Source: Rhodocyclaceae bacterium UBA2250
GTDB lineage: Bacteria > Pseudomonadota > Gammaproteobacteria > Burkholderiales > Rhodocyclaceae
Direction: 5' to 3'
NCBI GenBank assembly: GCA_002347285.1
Contig: DDXW01000042.1
Location: 13,583-77,582 of the forward strand
DNA length: 64,000 nt
Position numbers and translations under genes: made by a program. The notes beneath the pieces are model-generated. The model had not been told where the DNA came from. It saw nothing but the letters and a program-made list of their open reading frames with translations, and did not search any database. Position 1 is the stretch's first letter. Every line of letters begins with the position of its first letter. Shown here piece by piece: positions 56,437-64,000 of this stretch.

Positions 56437-58658
56437 TGGCGATCGACTACCGCATCGCCCTGGTCGGCAACCCGAACTGCGGCAAGACCACCCTGTTCAA
56501 CGCGCTCACCGGCGCCCGCCACCGCGTCGGCAACTGGCCGGGCGTCACCGTCGAAAAGAAAAGCGGCGAATACGGCCATGACGGCGCGACCATCGAGGTC
56601 GTCGACCTGCCGGGGACCTATTCGCTCGACGCGCATCAGGTCTCGCTCGACGAGCGCGTCGCCCACGACTACATCGCCGGCGGCGAGGCCGACCTGATCG
56701 TCAACATCATCGACGCCTCGAACCTGGAGCGCAATTTGTATCTGACCACGCAGCTGGCGGCGATGGACGTGCCGATGCTGGTGGCGCTCAACATGGTCGA
56801 TGTCGCCGCAGCGAAAGGTCAGCCGGTCGATGCCGCCGCGCTGGAACGGCAGATCGGCTGCCCGGTGGTGCCGATCGTCGCGGCGAAGGGCGTCGGCGTC
56901 GATGCGCTCAAGGCCGCCGCGCACGAGGCCGCCGCGCGCAAGCCCAAATGCGACCCCACCGCCGTCGTCCCGGCCACTGCCGCGCAGGACGACATCGCCG
57001 TGGCCACGGCCCGTTACGCCAACGCCAGCCGCATCGCCGGCGTCGCGCTGAAAAACGCCGCCCCCGCGGCGCATCCGCTCACCGAGCGCATCGACGGCCT
57101 GGTGCTGCACCGCTGGCTCGGCGTGCCGATCTTCCTGCTGCTGATGTATCTGATGTTCATGTTCACCATCAACTTCGGCGGCGCCTTCATCGACTTCTTC
57201 GACCAGGCGGCCGGCGCGCTGTTCGTCGATGGCTTCGGCGCACTGCTCGGCGGCCTCGGCGCGCCCGAATGGCTGTCCGTGCTGCTCGCCAAGGGTATCG
57301 GCGGCGGCATCCAGACGGTGGCCACCTTCATCCCGGTGATCGGCTTCCTCTACCTGTTCCTCTCGGTGCTCGAGGATTCCGGCTACATGGCGCGCGCCGC
57401 CTTCGTCATGGACCGCCTGATGCGCGCCATCGGCCTGCCCGGCAAGTCCTTCGTGCCGCTGGTGGTCGGCTTCGGCTGCAACGTGCCGGCCATCATGGCG
57501 ACGCGCACGCTGGAACGCCGCCGCGACCGCCTGATGACCATGGCCATGGCGCCGTTCATGTCCTGCGGCGCGCGCCTGCCCGTGTATGTGCTGTTCGCCG
57601 CCGCGTTCTTCCCGACCAACGCGCAGAATGTCGTCTTCGGTCTCTATCTGATCGGCATTCTGGCCGCCGTCGGCACCGGCCTGGTCCTCAAGCATTCGCT
57701 GCTCACCGGCAAGCCGACGCCCTATGTCATGGAACTGCCGCCCTACCATGTGCCGACCCTGCGCGGGGTCTTCATCCACAGCTGGGACCGCCTCAAAGGC
57801 TTCATCGTCGGGGCCGGCCGCATCATCGTGCCGATGGTGCTGGTGCTCAACTTCCTCAATGCGGTCGGCAGCGACGGCACCAGGTTCACGTTCGGCAACG
57901 AAGACAGCGACAAGTCGGTGCTGGCCGAAGTCGGCCGGGCAATCTCGCCGGCCTTCGCGCCGCTGGGCCTCAATGCAGAGAATTGGCCGGCCGCCGTCGG
58001 CATCTTTACCGGCATCCTGGCCAAGGAGGCAGTGGTCGGCACCCTCGACGCCACCTACTCGGCACTGGCGGAAAGCGATGCCGCGGCCGCTGGCGAGGAG
58101 CCCGGGGAAGAAAAGGCCTTCAGCCTCGGTGTCGCTCTTTCCGCCGCCTTTGCCACTATTCCGGAAAACCTCGTCGAAGCGCTCGGCAAGTGGGCCGACC
58201 CGGTCGGGCTCGGCGTCGGCGACCTCTCCGATCAGGAAGCCGTGGCTGCGGAGCAGGAGGTGTCGGCCGACACCTTCGGCGCGATGGCCGCCCGCTTCGA
58301 CGGTGCGGCCGGCGCCTTCGCCTACCTGCTGTTCATCCTGCTCTACACGCCCTGTACGGCGGCGCTGGCGGCGGTGTATCAGGAAAGCGGCATGCGCTGG
58401 ATGCTGTTCGTCGGCGGCTGGACGTTCGGTCTCGCCTACGGCATGGCCACCCTGTGGTATCAGATCGCCAACTTCGGACGCGATCCGCTGGCGGCCTCGA
58501 TCTGGGTCGGCCTCGTCGGCGCGAGCTTCGCCGCCGCCTTGATTGCCATGCGCCGCTATGGAGAACGTCATCGCGAGACCTTCATCCTCTTGAATCCGGC
58601 GACGGCGACGGCAGGCGGCTGCGGTAGCTGCAGCAAGTCGGCCGGCTGCGGGCGTTGA
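56436..58658 (+). CDS. feoB: Ferrous iron transport protein B
   Basis: GNPNCGKTT, GNWPGVTVE, DLPGTYSL, SGYMARAAF, GFGCNVPA, MSCGARLP; Cys-rich tail. Confidence 0.97.
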   Translation: MAIDYRIALVGNPNCGKTTLFNALTGARHRVGNWPGVTVEKKSGEYGHDGATIEVVDLPGTYSLDAHQVSLDERVAHDYIAGGEADLIVNIIDASNLERNLYLTTQLAAMDVPMLVALNMVDVAAAKGQPVDAAALERQIGCPVVPIVAAKGVGVDALKAAAHEAAARKPKCDPTAVVPATAAQDDIAVATARYANASRIAGVALKNAAPAAHPLTERIDGLVLHRWLGVPIFLLLMYLMFMFTINFGGAFIDFFDQAAGALFVDGFGALLGGLGAPEWLSVLLAKGIGGGIQTVATFIPVIGFLYLFLSVLEDSGYMARAAFVMDRLMRAIGLPGKSFVPLVVGFGCNVPAIMATRTLERRRDRLMTMAMAPFMSCGARLPVYVLFAAAFFPTNAQNVVFGLYLIGILAAVGTGLVLKHSLLTGKPTPYVMELPPYHVPTLRGVFIHSWDRLKGFIVGAGRIIVPMVLVLNFLNAVGSDGTRFTFGNEDSDKSVLAEVGRAISPAFAPLGLNAENWPAAVGIFTGILAKEAVVGTLDATYSALAESDAAAAGEEPGEEKAFSLGVALSAAFATIPENLVEALGKWADPVGLGVGDLSDQEAVAAEQEVSADTFGAMAARFDGAAGAFAYLLFILLYTPCTAALAAVYQESGMRWMLFVGGWTFGLAYGMATLWYQIANFGRDPLAASIWVGLVGASFAAALIAMRRYGERHRETFILLNPATATAGGCGSCSKSAGCGR

Positions 58659-58701
58659 AGCCGTGCCGCAGCAGATCGATACCCTGAAACAAGGAGCCAC
58701 G

Positions 58702-59004
58702 ATGAACGAACTGCAAGCGAACCTGGAACAGCCCCCGGCCCGCATGGTGGCCGGCGCTCTCGCCCACCTCTCCCGCCACATGGAAACCGGCTGCCAGCGT
58801 TCCGCCTATCTGGCGGCGATGCTGCTGGAGAAGGTGGCCAACGATGCGGAGGCCGATGACCATCTGCGTCGCCACGCGCGCGAACTGGTCGAGATTCTCG
58901 ACCGCGACGGCGAGCATGACAGCAGCACGTCGCACGAGGCCCTGCCGGAGCGTCGCGCCGGCGCGCAGGAAAGCGCGACCGAGATGCCGATGGGCGCCTT
59001 CTGA
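58702..59004 (+). CDS. Small hypothetical protein downstream of feoB
   Basis: AAGGAG SD then MNELQANL...HMETGCQRSAY...HARELVE; 100 aa. Confidence 0.7.
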   Translation: MNELQANLEQPPARMVAGALAHLSRHMETGCQRSAYLAAMLLEKVANDAEADDHLRRHARELVEILDRDGEHDSSTSHEALPERRAGAQESATEMPMGAF

Positions 59005-59027
59005 GCCGCCTCGCCGGCGCCGAGTTT
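59005..59027 (-). repeat. 23-bp dispersed motif, 1 mismatch; fills the gap between two convergent stops
   Basis: Minus strand AAACTCGGCGCCGGCGAGGCGGC. Confidence 0.92.
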
Positions 59028-59602
59028 TATGCGAGATCGGCGGCCAGCGAATCGCGCGTCGCCGATGCCAGGGTGGTCTCGGCCTGGTAGTTGGGGTGGT
59101 CGATGCCGACGCGGATCGCTGCGCCGTTCTTCACTGCCTGGCACATCCCGGGCGTCAGCTCGAAGCGCAGGAAGTGGACAGAAGCAGTCTTTTCCTCGGT
59201 CTCGCGGTCGAGATCCTCGTTGGCGATCGGCGTCACGCGCGCGAAATCGGCGACCTGCACCCAGACCGCCTTCTCGATGCCGAGCAGCCTCGCGAGCTGG
59301 ATCTTGCGCTCCGCCTCGTCGGGAAACTCGATCATGAAGGTCGCCTTCCAGTTGCTGCCGTCCGGGATCAGCGGGTTGTAGACGTCGAGCTCCTCCTGGA
59401 TCGCCTCGGGCTCGAACATGCGTTCGAGGCGCAGCATCTCCTGCACCTGGTACTGCATCGTCAGCTTGTCCTCGAAGTGCAGCGTGGCGTGCGGGCCGAC
59501 CGGCACGATGCGAATCTTCTTGTGGGCGATGACCTTGGCGCGAAACTCGGGGCGCACGCGGGCGTACTGTTCGAGGCTGAACAACTGGTCGTGGGTGAGC
59601 AT
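59027..59602 (-). CDS. DUF3501 family protein
   Basis: YARVRPEFR, FEDKLTMQYQVQEMLR, YNPLIPDG, KTASVHFLRF, GIDHPNY. Confidence 0.88.
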   Translation of the reverse strand: MLTHDQLFSLEQYARVRPEFRAKVIAHKKIRIVPVGPHATLHFEDKLTMQYQVQEMLRLERMFEPEAIQEELDVYNPLIPDGSNWKATFMIEFPDEAERKIQLARLLGIEKAVWVQVADFARVTPIANEDLDRETEEKTASVHFLRFELTPGMCQAVKNGAAIRVGIDHPNYQAETTLASATRDSLAADLA

Positions 59603-59605
59603 GGG

Positions 59606-60937
59606 TCAGACTCCGTAGGCTTTTCTCAGCAGGGTGATCGGGTGCGACGGCGCGCTGCCGTCGGCGCGCGCATGGCCGATGTGGTGGCCGGCCATCGCGC
59701 AGTCGGAACCGTAGTGGTCCGGGGCGTTCTGGTTGATGCGATTGACGACCGGCTTGACGATCTTCATCGCGTACTGGTGGTACTCGGTCTTGACGGCGTA
59801 GGTGCCGTCGTGTCCGGAGCAGCGCTCGATGATGTCGACCGTGGTGTCCGGCACGAGGGACAGGCATTCCTTCGTCTTCGGGCCGATGTTCTGCACGCGC
59901 TGATGGCAGGCGGCGTGGTACGACACCTTGCCGAGGCCGAGCTTGAAGTCGGTCTTCAGCTTGCCTTCCTTGTGGCGCAGCATCAGATATTCGAACGGGT
60001 CGTAGAAGGCGTTCTTCACCTTCTGCACGTCCGGGTCGTCGGGGAACATCAGCGGCAGCTCCTGCTTGAACATCAGCACGCAGGAAGGCACCAGCGCGGT
60101 GAGATCCCAGCCGTCATCGACCAGCTTGGCCAGCACCGGGATGTTGGCTTCCTTGGCGAGGCGCACCGACTGCAGGTCGCCCAACTCCAGCTTGGGCATG
60201 CCGCAGCATTGCTCCTTTTGCGCCAGGGTCACAGGAATATTGTTGTGTTCGAAGACGGCGACCAGGTCCTCGCCCGGGCCGGGTTCGTTGCGGTTCATGT
60301 AGCAGGTGGCGAACAGCGCGACCTTGCCGGTGGTCGGGCCGACCGCCTCGCCCGGCGTGGCCGGGTCGAGCACCTTGAGGCGGCTGCGCAGCGGCCTGCT
60401 GTCGAATTCGGGCAGCCAGGCCTCGCTGTGGATGCCGACCACGCCTTCGAGCACCTTGCGCACCGCACCGATGCGGTTCACCGCGTTCACCGTCGGCGCG
60501 ACGATCGGGATGCCGCAGAACTTGCCGACCAGGTCGGTGCTGGTCAGCACCTTGTCGCGCAGCCTGGTGTCGCCAGTGCGGAAATGTACGGCCTTGGCGC
60601 GCAGCATCAGGTGCGGGAAGTCGAGGTTCCACTCGTGCGGCGGCACGTAGGGACACTTCGTCATGTAGCAGAGGTCGCAGAGATAGCAGTGCTCGACGAC
60701 CTTCCAGTAGTCCTCCTTTTTGACGCCGTCAACTTCCATCGTTTCCGATTCATCGACGAGGTCGAACAGGGTCGGGAACGACTGGCACAGGCTGACGCAG
60801 CGACGGCAGCCGTGGCAGATGTCGAAGACGCGCTCCATCTCGTGGTACAGCGCCGCCTCGCTGTAGAACTCTGGGCTCTGCCAGTCGAGCGGGTGGCGGG
60901 TGGGGGCCTCGAGGTTGCCTTCTCTTGCTCCGGCCAT
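59606..60937 (-). CDS. Fe-S oxidoreductase (GlpC/HdrD-like) with CCG domains
   Basis: CHGCRRCVSLC, CYLCDLCYMTKCP, QCCGMP, RCSGHDG; ATG 60937. The longer ORF-track start is spurious. Confidence 0.88.
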   Translation of the reverse strand: MAGAREGNLEAPTRHPLDWQSPEFYSEAALYHEMERVFDICHGCRRCVSLCQSFPTLFDLVDESETMEVDGVKKEDYWKVVEHCYLCDLCYMTKCPYVPPHEWNLDFPHLMLRAKAVHFRTGDTRLRDKVLTSTDLVGKFCGIPIVAPTVNAVNRIGAVRKVLEGVVGIHSEAWLPEFDSRPLRSRLKVLDPATPGEAVGPTTGKVALFATCYMNRNEPGPGEDLVAVFEHNNIPVTLAQKEQCCGMPKLELGDLQSVRLAKEANIPVLAKLVDDGWDLTALVPSCVLMFKQELPLMFPDDPDVQKVKNAFYDPFEYLMLRHKEGKLKTDFKLGLGKVSYHAACHQRVQNIGPKTKECLSLVPDTTVDIIERCSGHDGTYAVKTEYHQYAMKIVKPVVNRINQNAPDHYGSDCAMAGHHIGHARADGSAPSHPITLLRKAYGV

Positions 60938-61032
60938 GACGGTTCCTCCTCTGCGCGGATCGTTGTGGGGATGTCGGGGTTGGAGGTGCGCCGCCCGGCG
61001 GCTGCATGGCCGCCGGTGTCGTGCGGTGAGGC

Positions 61033-61449
61033 TCAGCCCAGTTCGTTGAGGGCCTTCTGGTAGCGGTTGGCGTGCGAGCGCTCGGCCTTGGCCAGGGTCT
61101 CGAACCAGTCGGCGATCTCGTCGAAGCCCTCCGAGCGCGCATCCTTGGCCATGCCGGGATACATGTCGGTGTATTCGTGCGTCTCGCCGGCGACGGCGGT
61201 CGCCAGGTTGGCCTTGGTCGTGCCGAACGGCAGGCCGGTGGCGGGGTCGCCGCAGGCTTCGAGGTACTCGAGGTGACCGTGGGCGTGGCCGGTTTCGCCT
61301 TCCGCGGTGGAGCGGAACAGCGCGGCGACGTCCGCATAACCCTCGACGTCGGCCTTGTTCGCGAAATACAGGTAGCGGCGGTTGGCCTGGGACTCGCCCG
61401 CGAAGGCGTCTTTCAGGTGCTGCTCGGTCTTGCTGCCTTTGAGTTGCAT
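61033..61449 (-). CDS. rbr: Short rubrerythrin (no rubredoxin domain)
   Basis: [36 protein letters not shown]. Confidence 0.93.
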   Translation of the reverse strand: MQLKGSKTEQHLKDAFAGESQANRRYLYFANKADVEGYADVAALFRSTAEGETGHAHGHLEYLEACGDPATGLPFGTTKANLATAVAGETHEYTDMYPGMAKDARSEGFDEIADWFETLAKAERSHANRYQKALNELG

Positions 61450-61544
61450 CGTCTTCTCCTCTTGGTGGGTGATGGAGCACAGAACGCACGCGCACGCGGA
61501 CGCTCTGACCGACCAATCCTAGAAGCCCGACACGGAGAAGGGAA

Positions 61545-61637
61545 ATTGTTTTTGCCAAACAAGGCAATAGACGACAGCTATCGAAGCCGCCCGCCCGACA
61601 ATTGCCAATTACTATCGATTGAATCGCAACAATCAAT
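61545..61637. promoter_or_regulatory. Two OxyR-like boxes between divergent rbr and ahpC
   Basis: ATTG-N7-CAAA-N7-ATAG-N7-CTAT (61545-61581) and ATTG-N7-CTAT-N7-ATCG-N7-CAAT (61601-61637). Confidence 0.65.
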
Positions 61638-61731
61638 TGGAGAAATGCTGCGACCGCACATAAGATGTGTCCCGTGCCGTCGCTTATGACCGCAAAAACT
61701 TCAAGTCATCACTTACCTAAGGAGAGTCACC

Positions 61732-62295
61732 ATGTCGCTGATCAACACCACCATCAAGCCCTTCAAGGCGCAGGCCTACCACAACGGCAAGTTCGTCGAA
61801 CTCACCGACGCCAGCGTCAAGGGCAAGTGGGCCGTCTTCTTCTTCTACCCGGCCGACTTCACCTTCGTCTGCCCGACCGAGCTGGGCGACCTCGCCGACC
61901 TCTATCCCGAGTTCCAGAAGATCGGCGTCGAGTGCTACGGCGTGTCCACCGACACCCACTTCGTGCACAAGGCCTGGGCCGATGCGTCCGAGACCATCCG
62001 CAAGATCAAGTACCCGATGATCGGCGACCCGACCGGGGCGATCAGCCGCAACTTCGACGTCATGATCGAGGAAGAGGGCCTGGCGCTGCGCGGCACCTTC
62101 GTCATCAACCCGAAGGGCGAGATCAAGGTTTGCGAAATCCACGATCTCGGCATCGGCCGCGACGCCGCCGAACTGCTGCGCAAGGTCAAGGCCGCGCAGT
62201 ACATCGAGGCGCACCCGGGCGAAGTCTGCCCCGCCAAGTGGAAGGAAGGCGACGCCACGCTGAAGCCCTCGCTGGACCTGGTCGGCAAGATCTAA
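61732..62295 (+). CDS. ahpC: Alkyl hydroperoxide reductase C
   Basis: [27 protein letters not shown]. Confidence 0.98.
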   Translation: MSLINTTIKPFKAQAYHNGKFVELTDASVKGKWAVFFFYPADFTFVCPTELGDLADLYPEFQKIGVECYGVSTDTHFVHKAWADASETIRKIKYPMIGDPTGAISRNFDVMIEEEGLALRGTFVINPKGEIKVCEIHDLGIGRDAAELLRKVKAAQYIEAHPGEVCPAKWKEGDATLKPSLDLVGKI

Positions 62296-62346
62296 GCAAC
62301 ACCAACACATAAAACAAAAAAGGGCTATCCCTCAACCCCAACCGAG

Positions 62347-62377
62347 AGGGCGCCCGCCACAAGCGGAGCGCCCTTTT
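62347..62377 (+). terminator. Hairpin with U-tract between ahpC and ahpF
   Basis: AGGGCGC-CCGC/CACAA/GCGG-A-GCGCCCT-TTT. Confidence 0.6.
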
Positions 62378-62420
62378 CGGACCCACTCGATAGCTAATCT
62401 TAATTGAAAAGGAATCAGCG

Positions 62421-63980
62421 ATGCTTGACGCCAATATGAAAGAACAAGTCCGTGCCTATCTCGAACGCCTCGAACGTCCGATCGAGCTGGTCGCCGCGCT
62501 GGACGACGGCGCAAGCTCGCGGGAGATGCGCGGCCTGCTCGAAGACATCGCCAGCCTGTCGGACAAGGTCGGCGTGCGTTTCGATGGCGCCGACGAACGC
62601 GTGCCTTCCTTCACCGTCGGCCCAGTGGGCGAGGTCGCGCGCATCCGCTTCGCCGGCCTGCCGATGGGCCACGAATTCACGTCCCTGATCCTCGCGCTGC
62701 TGCAGAGCGGCGGCTATCCGCCCAAGACGGACGCCGACACCATCGCGCGCATCCAGCGGCTGACCGGGGAGTTCCGCTTCGAGGTATACGTCTCCCTCGA
62801 CTGCCACAACTGCCCGGACGTGGTGCAGGCGCTCAACCTGATGGCGGTGCTCAACCCCGGCGTCAGCTGCACGATGATCGAGGGTGGCCTGTTCCGCGCC
62901 GAGGTCGAGGCGAAGAACGTGCTGGCGGTGCCGATGGTCTTCCTCAACGGTGAGCACTTCGGCCAGGGCCGCATGACCCTCGAAGAAATCCTCGCCAAGG
63001 TCGGCGACGGCGACAGCGCCGCCCAAGCCCACGCGCTGTCGGCGCGCGCGCCCTACGACGTGCTCGTGGTCGGCGGCGGCCCGGCCGGCGCGGCGGCGGC
63101 GATCTACGCCGCACGCAAGGGCATCCGCACCGGCATCGTCGCCGAGCGCTTCGGCGGCCAGGTGATGGACACGCTGGGCATCGAGAACTTCATTTCCGTC
63201 GAATACACCGAGGGCCCGAGGCTCGCGGCGGCGATGGAGGAGCACGTCAAGCAGTACGGCGTGGACATCATGCGCGGCGAGCGCGCCGCGGCCCTGGTGC
63301 CGGCGGCCCAGCCCGGCGCCATGGCCGAGCTGACCCTCGCCAACGGCGCGATCCTTCGGTCGAAGTCCATCATCCTCGCCACCGGCGCGCGCTGGCGCGA
63401 GATGAACGTGCCCGGCGAGGCCGAGTTCCGCAGCAAGGGCGTGTGCTTCTGCCCGCACTGCGACGGCCCGCTGTTCAAGAACAAGCGCGTCGCGGTGATC
63501 GGCGGCGGCAATTCGGGCGTCGAGGCGGCCATCGACCTCGCCGGCATCGTCGGCCACGTGACGCTGATCGAGTTCGACACCAAGCTGCGCGCCGACGCGG
63601 TGCTGCAGGAAAAGCTGCGCAGCCTGCCGAACGTGAGCATCGTCATGAACGCGCAGACCACCGAGGTCACCGGCAGCGACAAGATGAACGGCCTGAACTA
63701 CAAGGACCGGGCCACGGGCGAGATCCACCGCGTCGAGCTCGAAGGCATCTTCGTGCAGATCGGCCTGCTGCCGAACACGGACTTCGTCAAGGACACGCTG
63801 ACCCTGTCGAAATTCCGCGAGATCGAGATCAACGCCAAGGGCGAGACCTCGGCCACCGGCGTGTTCGCCGCCGGCGACTGCACCACGCAGCCCTACAAGC
63901 AGATCATCATCAGCATGGGCGCGGGCGCGACCGCCTCGTTGTCGGCCTTCGACTACCTGATCCGCAACTCCGCGCAGTAA
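62421..63980 (+). CDS. ahpF: Alkyl hydroperoxide reductase F
   Basis: CHNCPDV, GGGPAG, CPHCDG, GGGNSG, FAAGD. Confidence 0.98.
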   Translation: MLDANMKEQVRAYLERLERPIELVAALDDGASSREMRGLLEDIASLSDKVGVRFDGADERVPSFTVGPVGEVARIRFAGLPMGHEFTSLILALLQSGGYPPKTDADTIARIQRLTGEFRFEVYVSLDCHNCPDVVQALNLMAVLNPGVSCTMIEGGLFRAEVEAKNVLAVPMVFLNGEHFGQGRMTLEEILAKVGDGDSAAQAHALSARAPYDVLVVGGGPAGAAAAIYAARKGIRTGIVAERFGGQVMDTLGIENFISVEYTEGPRLAAAMEEHVKQYGVDIMRGERAAALVPAAQPGAMAELTLANGAILRSKSIILATGARWREMNVPGEAEFRSKGVCFCPHCDGPLFKNKRVAVIGGGNSGVEAAIDLAGIVGHVTLIEFDTKLRADAVLQEKLRSLPNVSIVMNAQTTEVTGSDKMNGLNYKDRATGEIHRVELEGIFVQIGLLPNTDFVKDTLTLSKFREIEINAKGETSATGVFAAGDCTTQPYKQIIISMGAGATASLSAFDYLIRNSAQ

Positions 63981-63993
63981 GCGGCAGGCATGA

Positions 63994-64000
63994 AAACTCG
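63994..64000 (+). repeat. Probable motif copy truncated by the window edge, after ahpF
   Basis: Window ends in AAACTCG, 13 nt after the ahpF stop; only 7 bases visible. Confidence 0.45.

Overview
GC-rich betaproteobacterial chromosome segment; the gene set and gyrB/dnaA style suggest Rhodocyclales or a relative (inference). The first 36 kb is the origin region and housekeeping genes: 5' half of the atp operon, parAB with a parS pair, rsmG-mnmG, a liv-type ABC transporter, mnmE-yidC-yidD-rnpA-rpmH, dnaA-(DnaA-box cluster)-dnaN-gyrB, tRNA-Arg(CCG), ampG, tcdA, folM, ttcA and ubiB. From about 36 kb to the end lies a dense redox, peroxide and iron cluster: octaheme cytochrome plus cytochrome b, MsrA-Trx-MsrB, OxyR, ccp, katG, an orphan Rieske protein, hemP-bfd-bfr, nnrS, an outer-membrane barrel with feoAB, the rubrerythrin trio and ahpCF, with recognisable OxyR, FNR-type and Fur boxes. 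The most unusual signal is a dispersed, non-palindromic 23-bp motif, AAACTCGGCGCTGGCGRGGCGGC. I found 14 copies by eye (6 exact) plus one cut by the window edge, on both strands, inside ORFs in four different frames and butted against stop and start codons. That distribution resembles DNA uptake sequences, but the motif matches no uptake sequence I know. A second anomaly is bacterioferritin fused in frame to the tail of an ABC permease, which looks like a deletion scar or misassembly. No CRISPR array, integrase or transposase was seen. Start codons were read by eye and are approximate where noted.
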